A DNA stretch of 64,000 bases from Octopus vulgaris (GCA_951406725.2 OX597814.1:9052001-9116000), one strand, 5' to 3'. Positions 36,511 through 48,924 are shown, counted from the first letter of the stretch. Numbers and translations: made by a program. Notes: generated by a model not told the origin, from the letters alone.

Positions 36511-36850
36511 CTCGTAACAACTCTGAGTAAAACTGAAACTTGAATCTTTATTTAATCGTTTTTAAGCTGTTGATTGGTTTAACAACAACTTTGTATGACA
36601 TCAATGGTTTTCCCAGAAAAAACACTTCCCCTCCGCCCTCTTTTATACAATTTATTTTCCAAGAAAACTTTGTGATAAAAGTTTATTATTATTATTTACA
36701 ACAGACGACATAAAGAAACTTTTCAAAAGAAGAAAAAACCTGAAATAGTTTTTTTTATAGGAAATGAAGGTGAATGTAGGTTAGAGAAGATTTCACCTTC
36801 ATTTTTGACACCTCCAGAGACTTCACTTTCATTTTTGTCAGTCAACACAG
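36511..36850 (-). promoter_or_regulatory. Candidate promoter and non-coding first exon of gene B
   Basis: Consensus donor GAG|GTAAGT at 36511/36510; AGTTTCAGTTTT (IRF/ISRE-like, containing Inr-like TCAGTT) 36529-36540; CCAAT 36573-36577; GAS TTCCCAGAA 36610-36618; ETS GGAAGT; GC box 36633-36638; TATAAAA 36641-36647; GAS TTCCAAGAA 36657-36665; AAAATGAAAGTGAAG 36821-36835. Confidence 0.6.
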
Positions 36851-37230
36851 AATTTATCTGGTTTTCACCAATGGTGGCCACTAATAGGCACGTTTTTATC
36901 TCAGTTTGTGTATGCACACACACTTGTTGCCGTGTTTTTTTCCACAAAAATTCAGCTTGTGTGTACACACAGACTCACACACACACACACACATAATATA
37001 CATTTGTAGCAGATAGGGTGGGGGGAAGACAAGTTAAAGTTTGAAATGCTGGGATTTGAAACCGAATCCCCATTTTCCCACAAGTCCCCCACCTGTTATT
37101 CTCTCCTGTTACACTAGGAAATTTATGAAAGTATAGTGACTTCTTAGATCTTTTCAAAGCATCCATGGGTCAAAAACATGATACAGAGGGAAAATCCTTT
37201 GTATAGTTTCCCATAATCTAGTTAGGAATA

Positions 37231-37276
<46 letters not shown>

Positions 37277-37357
37277 CAAAGTGGAGTTGTAGGGTACCGC
37301 ACAAGTGGAATTATATATGAAAGAAGGTTTGAAATTGCAATTTTAAAAGATGTTTAT

Positions 37358-37402
37358 TTACTTTACCGGTTTCACTCTTTGGAAAAAGATTGTCAAAAGT
37401 AA
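37358..37402 (-). ncRNA. Degenerate minimal hammerhead-like motif near a (TA)n tract
   Basis: Minus strand reads TTACTT-TTGACAA-TCTTT-TTCC-AAAGA-GT-GAAAC-CG-GTA-AAGTAA: perfect 6-bp stem I, palindromic ACCGGT and a GUA triplet. Confidence 0.5.
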
Positions 37403-37800
37403 CATATAGAAGTTTGGTTGCGTTAATTATTAGTTGTTACAAATTGCTACATTACATATATACAGTCTTTGCTAACAGGGATATGTTAAGGACATAAAAA
37501 AGTTCAATAAGTTCCTTAAAATATTGGGCACAAAAGATTACTACATAAATAATCATTCTCAAGAACATGGTTAAGATAGTTTCCAGAAGGAATTGATATT
37601 GGTATTGGTATTGTATCTGTATATTTAAACACGCACAGAATATCGGTTGACACAGAGTACTATAAATATACATTCTTTGGTGACAAGAGCATGTTGAGAA
37701 CATAAAAAAGTTTAACAAGTTCATTGAAATATAGCAGCAAAACAAAAAAAAAAAGAAATTTTAAAGATTTATCCAAGAAACCTTATTTAGCTGATATTTT

Positions 37801-38191
37801 GGATCTGTTCAGTTTCGTGCATGGATTTCTTAAATTTTTTAACTAAACAGTTTGAAACTTCATATACTGGTGGAATTTCTCACACATTACATGCTTTACT
37901 TTGAACGTTTTTGACAAAATTCCGTATATTAGAAGTCATTTCGTGTTAAAGTTGTCATATTTGAGTAATTTTAACCAATCAATGGCATGTATTCAGCTGA
38001 AGAAAGCTACTGCTGTTTGCGATAAAATTGATAAAGGTGGCACATGAAATAACTTCTAAAATAGATAATTTTGTCAACTATGTTAAAAATAAACCATGTT
38101 CTGGGTGAGAAATTCCTCTGGTATACAAAGTTTCAAACTCTTTCGTTAAAATAAATTAATAAAAAAAATCTGAGCCAAATTCAGCAGATCC
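37801..38191. mobile_element. MITE related to 33652-34719 (GGATC termini)
   Basis: Imperfect TIRs sharing TTTGAAACTT..TATACTGG and TTTTAACCAAT blocks with the larger copy. Confidence 0.7.
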
Positions 38192-38387
38192 AAATTTTCC
38201 AAATTCGTTGTATGTATGTAGTTTCTTTGTATGTAGGGTCTTCCATACTTTCTTCATCCATATTGTCACATATTAACATTAGAGAATATTTTTGACAGTG
38301 ATTAAATTGACTAGGAACATTGTACATGATGAATATCCAATACTAATCTTAATCTCCATATATAAGCTGCATTAAACTGAGGCAAGC

Positions 38388-39125
38388 TTACATTGCCAAG
38401 AAGGCTGAGGGTGTCTTGGCATCACTTACCTATTGCTAAAATTGTCAAGAAGGCTAAGGGTGTCTTGACATCACTTACCAAGTCCTTTGTGAGCCGCTCT
38501 CCAGCTATCTATCTGTGGCTTTGTATAGCTATGGTGTGGCCTCACTTGGAATTTGCATCACTGGTCTGGAACCCTTATTATGCCCAGGATATTAATCATC
38601 TGGAAGCCGTTCAGCAACGTGCAACCAAGAGAATACCCTCCATCAAGCATTTGCCAGATTCTGAACGCCTTACTTCCCTGGGCATGGATACCTTGAAATG
38701 CTGACGTCTGGCAGCTGACTTGGCAGACACCTATAAAATTATTAACCATCTTACAAACAATAACTCTGAGCACCTTTTCAAACTCCACCTGTTTAACACC
38801 CGTGGACATGTTTACAAAGTCAGAAAACAGCACAGCTCCCATGACTTTCGGAGACATTTTTTTACGCTGAGAGTTGCTGAAGTATGGAACAAACTGCCAG
38901 CATCGGTTGTTAGTTGTCGGAGCACTGCATCCTTCAAAACTTCCTTGCTTCCTGGGATTCGCCAACACTACACCTGATTTTCTCCCCTCCATACACATGC
39001 AAGCATGTATCTGACTCATACATTGTTCACTTCCCGGACATTTGTAGATTACTGCATGTACTTTATACACACTTTTGACGAGTTGTGGTGCACCTGAGCA
39101 CTGTATACAATAATTTCCTTATATT
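38388..39125 (+). mobile_element. CR1-clade LINE 3' fragment
   Basis: VWPHLEFASLVWNPY, LEAVQQRATKRI and TRGH..FFTLRVAEVWNKLP. Confidence 0.85.
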
Positions 39126-39239
39126 ATTATACATTTACCTATTCTGAGTTACTTCAAAGATGACGTTCTCTCTTTCCTCTCTTCTCTTTGATAATAACTT
39201 TGTTTACCTACTAATGCATTGTTTCACTTGAAGAATGCT

Positions 39240-39870
39240 TATTTACCCATCCGTTATGATATTTCGACTGTTGTCCATTGTCTCAAATACATTGGCAGAT
39301 GAAGATAACCATCGGATGATGAGACTTCAGTCTAATCTTCACCAGATGGCTATTGCCCATAGCTACTGGAAACCACTGAGTTGTCGGTGGGCACCAAAAT
39401 GTGCTCACCTATGATCCTGCCGATGATTACGCCCCTCTTTGAGAGATTGTTACTGGGGTTATTTCTCTAATATGTCCATTTTGCAAGGCCTGCAAGTGGG
39501 TTGGAGAATCCAGTGTCCAATGCTACTCAAAGAGAAAGGTTCGTTTGTCCTGCACAACACTCTTCGGCCTTTCTTCTCTTTACTCCTTGGTCAACACCTT
39601 GATTCACAGCAATTTATACCGAAAACTCGTGCTTATAACTCTGCCTTCCAGATGACAAATTTTGGTCACAAACCTATTCATGAAGACTCCTATATGCCAA
39701 CATTCAAAATTCAGGGCCAATCCTATCATCAGATAGGCTCTATTCCCCCTGTCAACAATGCTGAACCCCGATTCGTTGAAATTTACTTCATGGGAGATAC
39801 CACTGAGCAAATGGCTCAATGAGCTCAGGTGACACCTGGAACAAAGTGAAAAAGTTCCATGAAAGAAACT
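39240..39870 (+). mobile_element. Helitron remnant (region N-terminal to Rep)
   Basis: RAYNSAFQMTNFG...MPTFKIQGQSYHQIGSIPP...FVEIYFMG matches the conserved Helitron N-terminal motifs. Confidence 0.8.
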
Positions 39871-39920
39871 TAAACCATCGAAAGGATGGATGCATTTACT
39901 TGTCATATAAACAAAATGTC

Positions 39921-42541
39921 TGAAACGAACTTAGTGTGAGTGATGTGAATATCCGATCTCGTACTTTCGGGGTACAAGAAAGCAATCACTCTCACTAGCC
40001 GTTGCTTTAATAATCCAGAATTCTACTAGTCAGAAACAACAAGACGCAGACGTAAAATATATATATAACTACTTTATTCTCTTTCTTGGTAAACAATAAC
40101 AATAAGTGTGTTATCTGATGTCCTTGATTCTGGGCGCGCAAGGCTGAAAGTTAATAGATTGTAATATTTACAATCTTCAGCCCAAAAACAGAAAGGGGTC
40201 AAGATGGCGTCGAACAGGGAAGTTGAATGTGGTCGGCAACAATTTGGTTAAAGGTATTCAGCCGACTGCTGCTATCAACCGGAGAGAATATATGCGTGAC
40301 CGCCGCCTTCAATCGCTGGGTCCCAAGTCCTCGATGACTGCTGCTAGTGGTCAAACGTTCTACGACCCCCTTGCCTCGCTAACTACCACGATAGGCAAGC
40401 GGGTCGTGCTTCCGGTGGTTCGCGCATGCGCGAGAGGGGCCTTCCTTTCTGTGCCTTGGTGAAGGCACCAACACGCGCGAAATACAAATGGACCGTGCGC
40501 GAGCGCGCGCCGTTGTAGGATCACTACAGGCTCCCCTCCAGTGCGTACGCACGAAAGGAAACTTATTGTAGTGACTGCAAAACTCAAGGTGGACACCAGA
40601 TAACCAAATAGCACACAATAATATAATGGCAAAATTTATAACATACACAAGAAATTTACTAAAGGAAAAAGAGAAAAAATACTCAATGAGCAAAATCAAG
40701 AGTGCATGCATGAAAGTGTATACGTCACAAAGTATAGAACCTTCCGCTGAAGGGAGCGGAAGAAAAGGCAGAACTCACAGTTATTGAACCTAGGCGAAAT
40801 TAAAATCCAACTTCTCTAAAGGTAGTTGATCCTGCGAAATAGCAGTTAAATCAATTGCTGCAGGAGAGGAAATGGAATTGGCAGAAGCTCGCTAGTAACA
40901 CAAAAGGCAAAGGTGCAAACATGCTGGTGTGATGCGCGACACAGATCATTTTCTGTTAATTACGTGACCAACAGTGGTCTAACAGGGAAAAATAATTACG
41001 CCCATACATAGGCGCAGCGCATGTGAACATCCGACATTCTATGAGTCGGGAAAAGAATTAGGCTAACGCACGTGTTGCAAAAACAAGGCAAGTACACGTG
41101 CGAAGCAAAAAACGCATGAAATGCAATGGTGCTTGCCAGACCGAAAAACAGCAAATGAATATGCCAGTGGTTAAGCGATTATATGCTTCGTTCGTATAGG
41201 AAGAAAAGTATGACATGCTGGCGCGTTATAATGAACAAACAACCCTCTCTATGTATACGTGACCGACCTAGGGTCTATAGAAATGAGGGGTGTCCACAAA
41301 AGGCAAATTTAGCATGGAAAAAAACAAGCGAGAAAAGCATGTGTGACGTATGTATGTGAGAGAGAGCATTTATGTGTGTGTACGTGTGTGCGACAGAAAT
41401 ACATACAAGGTGAATGCGAGCAAAATATAAAAACAGCGCATAGAAAAAAAATGTCTCTCAAATGCTATTCCAGACAAGAGTTAATTTACCAGTCTGTAAT
41501 AGCCTGATGTACAATAGCAGTTCGTTCTGTAACAGAAATGTTGAAATCACAAAATGCAGATGCTGGTTGAACACATATCGTGTAGCGGTTGTGGCTTCAA
41601 TGCTGTGACAGGTTAACTGGAACAGAAGAATCTCGTAGATAGACGGTGCTATGAATCCTTGGTGTGCATATGCACAAACGGCAAGTGGACCAAACTTCCG
41701 CGAGTTGCTATGTACATCTTGGTGGAGGTCGACGGTGTTGAAAGGCGACGTTGGTGGTGGAAGGCGACTGTAGTGGACTTGGGACAACATCGTTCTTAGT
41801 GATGATGGCGACGAAGATAGCGACGACATGAAGTAGAAAGACGACGATGTCGATGACGAAGGTGGAGAAAAGGCATCGAATATATGATGGCGTCCGTCAT
41901 CATGACTTGTAGAGAATCACGTCGGGGTCACCAGTGAAACGAACTTAGTGTGAGTGATGTGAATATCCGATCTCGTACTTTCGGGGTACAAGAAAGCAAT
42001 CACTCTCACTAGCCGTTGCTTTAATAATCCAGAATTCTACTAGTCAGAAACAACAAGACGCAGACGTAAAATATATATATAACTACTTTATTCTCTTTCT
42101 TGGTAAACAATAACAATAAGTGTGTTATCTGATGTCCTTGATTCTGGGCGCGCAAGGCTGAAAGTTAATAGATTGTAATATTTACAATCTTCAGCCCAAA
42201 AACAGAAAGGGGTCAAGATGGCGTCGAACAGGGAAGTTGAATGTGGTCGGCAACAATTTGGTTAAAGTATTCGGCCGACTGCTGCTATCAACCGGAGAGA
42301 ATATATGCGTGACCGCCGCCTTCAATCGCTGGGTCCCAAGTCCTCGATGACTGCTGCTAGTGGTCAAACGTTCTACGACCCCCTTGCCTCGCTAACTACC
42401 ACGATAGGCAAGCGGGTCGTGCTTCCGGTGGTTCGCGCATGCGCGAGAGGGGCCTTCCTGTCTGTGCCTTGGTGAAGGCACCAACACGCGCGAAATACAA
42501 ATGGACCGTGCGCGAGCGCGCGCCGTTGTAGGATCACTACA
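39921..42541 (-). mobile_element. Young non-autonomous LTR retrotransposon (Gypsy-type cis signals)
   Basis: LTRs 39921-40528 and 41935-42541 (TG..CA, about 3 differences seen); TSD TGTC; PBS 41914-41933 complementary to the tRNA-Trp 3' end; PPT TGGAGGGGAGCC 40529-40540; no pol in the 1.4-kb interior. Confidence 0.93.
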
Positions 42542-42655
42542 TGTCCCTCTAAACAAACAATTGATATTATTCTTCTTCACTAATTTATCCGACACTCTGC
42601 AACACATGACCATTGTAAGTGGTGAGTTTTTTGTTATGATTGGTGACCACAACAT

Positions 42656-42693
<38 letters not shown>

Positions 42694-42924
42694 CTTTACT
42701 GTTCAAACTGACAGAAAGACATGCAAATAGGTCAGACACTATATTGAAGGTTTCCAGACAAACATCTTGCCTCCTCATTGATATGGCTGTCCCAATCAAC
42801 ATGGCAAAAGGGGCTGATTGTTAAATATCTTAGATACCAGGAATTCCCAATATGGAAGAAATTTTTTAAATTGTGTTCATGTGAATTGCTCATATCCTAA
42901 GTAAAATAGTGTCTTTGTGAGGGA

Positions 42925-43335
42925 TGTCCAACCATTTTCCTATAAATTTATGTATATTCACTGGGCCACAAATGTACTTTGATGTAATCTTTTAAAAAGT
43001 TCAAAATATAGTGAATAAATTTTCTTAATAACAAATATAAATACAAAATAATGTGCTATTGACAGTAAAAAGGAAATTAGTCTTACACAAAATAAAATCA
43101 ACTTGATTTTTGGCATTTCTTTTATGATATCTCAATATCTGTTTTTATGGTACTATTCTTTACTCTAAGAACGTTAGTTAAATGACAGTCACTCAGCCTA
43201 TTTCTTTCAGCAGTTTTGAGGTTTTTCACACATGAAAAGAATTGTTCACAGCAGTATGTACTATCCCACATGCACAATAGTTTTCTAGCTGACCGAAAAC
43301 TGTTGGTTATAGCTCTAGTTAAGAATGCAAATGCC
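42925..43335 (-). mobile_element. hAT (Charlie/SPIN-like) transposase C-terminal remnant
   Basis: STYCCEQFFS...RNRLSDCHL...LRV, the hAT dimerisation motif. Confidence 0.75.
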
Positions 43336-43339
43336 CAAT

Positions 43340-46300
43340 TCTGTCTCATTATTATCGTTAATATTTTTCCACACTTGCAGCCTAAGTTTAAGCTGTTTGC
43401 AGTGTGCCTGCCCTTTATCCTCTCACCTCTATCGGATGTCTTTACCCTGAACACCTCCAAAGGCTTAATGTTCCCCCATCCCTACTTAGTATTTATCTCC
43501 TATGCCATGTAGTGATTATGTAGCATACGAAATGGTGTAGTGTATGAAGGTTGAAGGCTTTTGTATGTTTATGAGTTCTGCCAAATGTGAGCTTTCTTTT
43601 CAGATACATGACACTGCTGTCCCCCATCCCAGGGTCTCGTGGGCCCACACCTTCCATACCTCTCAATATCAGCACACTGAAGGATAGGTCTAGTGAGATT
43701 GTTGAGATGCTTGAACGGAGATGTGTAGATTTGGGCTGCATCCAAGAAGTAAGGTGGAGAGGAGGTTCTGCTAGATTCCTCACAGGCAAAGAACACAGGT
43801 GTAAGATTTTCTGGGCAAGGAATACTGACAGGGTCGGGGTGTGGGTATACTTCTTGCAGAGAAATGGGTTCATAAGGTAATTGAGGTAGTAAGAGTCTGT
43901 GATAGAATACTTAAGCTTAGATTAGTGCTGCAACATGGATTAGCAACCATTATCTCAGTTTATGCCCCTCAGCCAAGGCTACCTGATGAACAGAAAGACC
44001 GATTTTATGACACATCATTGCAGACTACCGCATTGACGAATGACAGGGATCCCCTCTTTGTGGCTGGCAACTTCAATGGACATGTTGGACAACATGCAGG
44101 GGGCTCCCATGGTGTAAATGGAGGCTATGGTTTTGGTTTCCACAATTAGGAGGAAACCAGGCTGCTGGAGTTCTGTGATGCAAAATCATATAATGGTTTG
44201 TAATACTAAGTTCAAGAAACCAGCCAGTCACCTAGTCACCTACCGATCTCATGGACACACCAATCAACTTGATTACATCCTTGCCAGGAAATGGGAAAGA
44301 TGGCAACTTATAAATGCAAAAGCTTCCCAGATGAAAAATGCACCCCACAACATAGATTAGTAGTTAGTGACTTCAGGATCAAGGTTAATCAGATGCCCAG
44401 AAGATGATCAGCATGGAACAGAAGGGTCTGGAAGCTTAAGGATACTGTGAATGGACAGAGATTTAAAGACGTATTACTCAAAGTTTATGATGAAATAGAG
44501 GAGGATATAGAAAGGGACATAGCATCAGATGATGTGGAAGACAACTGGCGGTTCCTACGGGGGAACCTGCTAAGGACCACTGATCAGATCTGTGGATGGT
44601 GCAAAGTCCCCTCTTGACCCAAAATAACGTGGTGGTGGAACAATGTAGTTGATAGCGTCATTAGGGAAAATAAACAGGCTTGGAAGGACTGGAAGAACGG
44701 TGGTAGCAGGGAATTGTATCAGACTGTCAGAAGGGAAGCTAAGACACAGGTTTATTTAGCCAGAGAGGAAGCAGATAAGAAAAAATTTGCCAATGTTCTG
44801 CACCGTGAGTATGAAAGACTTGAGGTATTTCATGTTGCAAGACAGTGTATGAGAGAGAATTGTGATGTAGGAGAGAAATGTGTTCGCATGGATGATGGTT
44901 CACTTGCATTAAATAAGGCTGCAAAGAGAGAGGTTTGGAGACGCCACTATGAAAGGTTGCTGAATAAATAAAATGAATGGGAGAAAGAGAGTCTACTGAA
45001 TGTTGACCCAACAGAGGGACCAGCTATCCCAGTTGACAGTATCTTGGTAGATAAAGCAATTAAGACTATGAAGACCGGGAAAGCCCCCGGCCCATCAGGA
45101 ATCACCACAGAAATACTTAAAATAACTGGTGGTGTCGGATGTAGCCTAGTCACCCATATAGTCAATCAGGTGATACATGAAGGAGTCGTACCTAATGACT
45201 GGTGTAGCAGCATAATAGTCAACTGCTACAAAGATAAAGGTGATGCTTTAGATACAAATAATTACAGAGGTATCAAGTTGTTACATCAGGTAATGAAGGT
45301 CACGGAGAGGGTCGTAGCCCAACTAATTAGGGAGAGAGTCAGTTTGCATGAGGTGCAGTTTGGGTTCGTGCCAGGGAAAAGCACCACTGATGCTATATTT
45401 CTGATAAAGACAGTTGCAGGAGAAATACCTAGCCAAAGATAAACCTCTGTACCTGGCGTTCGTTGACATGGAGAAAGTCCTTGACAGGGTCCCCCGATCC
45501 CTTATCTGGAGGTCAATGCAGAAACTAGGGATAGATGAGTAGTTAGTAAGAGCTGTGCAAGCCATGTACAGGGAGACTGTCAGTAAGGTGAGGGTTGGCA
45601 GCGAGTATAGTGAAGAATTCTGAGTAGACGTAGGAGTCCACCAAGAATCAGTCCTTAGCCCTCTCCTATTTATCATAGCCCTGCAGGAAACAACAGAGGA
45701 ATTCAAGACAGGATGCTCCTAGGGCTCCTCTATGCTGATGACCTTGCTCTAATTGCTGAGTCACTATCAGAATTCGAGGAAAAGTTCCAGGTGTGGAAAC
45801 AAGGATTAGAATCAAAGGGCCTTAGAGTCAATCTAGTTAAAACTAAAGTCCTAATAAGTAGGAAGGCAGGTAGATGGCCCTGCTCAATCTGTAGAAAAGG
45901 CGTAGGTGGAAACTCTATAAGATGCACCAAGTGTAAGCTATGGACACATAAGAGGAGCAGCAATATCAAAGGAATGTTAACTGGGAAGATAGTTTTTGTA
46001 TGTGGCAGATGCTCAGGAGCAATAAACACTGAAAATGCGCAGAGACCAACTTCTGCCACATTTCAGGGAGAAAAACTAGAAGTAGTTGATAGCTTCCGTT
46101 ACCTAGGTGACCAAGTCAGTAGCAGAGGTGGGTGTGCTGAAAGTGTAGCTGCTAGAATAAGAATAGCTTGGGCAAAGTTCAGAGAGCTCTTACCTCTGCT
46201 GGTGACAAAGGGCCTCACGCTCAGAGTAAAAGGCAGACTGTATGACGCATGTGTATGAACAGCCATGCTACATGGCAGTAAAACATGGGCCATGACTGCT

Positions 46301-46886
46301 GAGGACATGTGTAAGCTCGCAAGGAATGAAGGCAGTATGATCCGATGGATGTGTAATATCAGTGTGCATACTCGACAGAGTGTAAGTACCCTGAGAGAAA
46401 AGTTGGGCCTAAGAAGCATCATCTCTGCAGTAATTCCTGATGGGCCAGTGGCTTTCCCGGTCTTCATACTCTTAATTGCTTTATCTACCAAAGTACTGTC
46501 AACTCGGATAGCTGGTCCCTCGACATTCAGCAGACTCTCTTTCTCCCAGTCATTTTCTGCCAACCCTCACCTTACTTACAGTCTCCCTGTACATGGCTTG
46601 CACAGCTCTTACTAACTACTCATCTATCCCTAGTTTCTGCATTGACCTCCAGATAAGGGATCGGGGGACCCTGTCAAGGACTTTCTCCATGTCAACGAAA
46701 GCCAGGTACAGAGGTTTATCTTTGGCTAGGTATTTCTCCTGCAGCTGTCTTTACCAGAAATATAGCAAGAGAGATGACTGCGCTGGTATGGTCATGTGGC
46801 AAGAATGGATGTGGATAGCTGTATGAAAAAGTACCACATCCTAGCAATTGAGGGAACCTGTGGAAGAGGTAGACCCAGGAAGACCT
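43340..46886 (+). mobile_element. Near full-length RTE LINE (APE + RT with embedded PHD finger), disrupted and rearranged
   Basis: CIQEVRWRG, VYAPQ, GNFNGHVG, KAPGPSG, NYRGIKL, YADD and FRYLG. Inverted self-fragments lie at 46420-46765. Confidence 0.92.
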
Positions 46887-47570
46887 GTAGCTGTAATGAT
46901 GGCGCCAAGGTATTTGAAACCCTCAACCTTTTCAAGAATATCACCATTGAGGACAATGGGTGTTTTGTCTGGTGGGGCGAAGCCGGCTGTGAAGATTTTG
47001 GTCTTCGAGGCATTGACTTTCATACCAATCTGCGATGTAACACGCTTGAGCTCATTGATAGCAAACTGGACGTCAGCAAATGTTTTGCCAAGTATCGCAA
47101 TGTCATCTGTGTAGTCTAGATCCTTGACAGGAAAGTTGTGAGCAACAGTGACACCGGGGAACTCCCTTAATGCATTTGTGATGATCCAGTCGATGACGTA
47201 ATTGAAAAGAGTTGGCGAAAGAACACATCCTTGCCGAACGCCAGACTGTATTTTGAAGGGTTCTGACACTTCACCGTACATGCATACATGGGATCTTGTT
47301 GAGCAGTAATAAGCTTTAATAAGATTGAGAAGTTTAGGTGGGATACTATCTGCCTGCATGACCTTTGAGAGGGTGTCACGATCGAGAAAGTCAAATGCAG
47401 CAGCAAAATCAACAAAGCAATTGACAGTTTTTTGCTGAAAGCACCAACGGTGTTTGAGGATTCGTCTTAGGGTGAAGATTTGATTGGTGCAGCTTCGACT
47501 TGGACAGAAACCACACTGGTTTGGTCTTGTTCTAGAGTCATGTTCTGATTGGAATCGTCTCAGAAGAAAG
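46887..47570 (-). mobile_element. Fragment of a different RTE-clade LINE
   Basis: SGVRQGCVLSPTLF, LDYTDD and FKYLG in ORF 46841-47359. Confidence 0.85.
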
Positions 47571-48605
47571 AAGAAGGTATGACTCCTTCGTGTATCTCCT
47601 GGTTAACTATACGGGTGACTAGGCTATAGCCGACACTGCCAGATATTTTGAGCATCTCTGCAGTAATTCTTGATGTGCCAGTGGCTTTCCCGGTCTTCAT
47701 ACTCTTAATTGCTTTATCTACCAAGGTACTGTTAACTGGGATAGCTGGTCCCTCTGTTGGGTCGACATTCAGTAGACTCTCTTTCTCCCATTCATTTTCT
47801 TTATTCAGCAACCTTTCATAGTGGCGTCTCCAAACCTCTCTCTTTGCAGCCTTATTTAATGCAAGTGAACCATCATCCATGCGAACACATTTCTCTCCTA
47901 CATCACAATTCTCTCTCATACACTGTCTTGCAACATGAAATACCTCAAGTCTTTCATACTCACGGTGCAGAACATTGGCAAATTTTTTCTTATCTGCTTC
48001 CTCTCTGGCTAAATAAACCTGTGTCTTAGCTTCCCTTCTGACAGTCTGATACAATTCCCTGCTACCACCGTTCTTCCAGTCCTTCCAAGCCTGTTTCTTT
48101 TCTCTAATAGCCCTGTGAACAACATTGTTCCACCACCACGTTATTTTGGGTTGAGAGGGGTCTTTGCACCATCCACTGATCTGATCAGTGGCCCTTAGCA
48201 GGTTGTCCCACAGAAACCTCTGGTTGTCGTCTACATCGTGTGAAGCTATACCCCTTCTATTTCGTCAAAGGCTTCAAGTAATATGTCTCTAAATCTCTGT
48301 CCATTTGCAGGATCTTTAAGTCTCCAAACCCTTCTTCTCCTTGCGGGTCGTCTTCTGGGCATCCACTTAGCCCTGATCCTGAAGTCACTAACTATTAATC
48401 TATGTTGTGGGGTACATTCGTTCGCCTGAGAAGGTTTTGGCATTATATGCAGCCATCTTTCCCTTTTCTGGCAAGGATGTAGTCAATTTGGCTAGTGTGT
48501 CTGCCAGAAAGGTAGGTGACTAGTTGACTGGCAGGTTTCCTGAGGTTAGTATTGCAAACCATAAGATCATTTGCATTGCAGAACTCCAGCAGTCTGGTTC
48601 CTGCC
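47571..48605 (-). mobile_element. Inverted RTE fragment, same family as 43340-46886
   Basis: ORF 47560-48054 shares its first 85 aa exactly with ORF 44714-44971. Confidence 0.9.
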
Positions 48606-48924
48606 TCTTTTTTAAGATGACTGCATTGATGGCCTTTCAATCCCACCAAACTGAGGCAAATATGCCCACAGTCATTATAAATCCCTTCATTTCTTCAAGG
48701 AAATTCTGATAATGGCTCAGGGTATCCTTTCCTAGAATTTCTTTTATACTTCAGATACATACATACATACACATATGCAATATGCATACGTGCATACATA
48801 CATACACTCATACAAATGTACATACATAAATACAAACGTACATACATGCATACATGCATGCATGTATGGATGTGTCGAAATGTCTGTTGAAATCTCTGAG
48901 ATGATAGTGACATTGATCATGCAC

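Noticed and set aside
41914-41933. tRNA-Trp gene fragment
   Set aside because: It includes the CCA end and sits one base from the LTR, so it is a primer-binding site.
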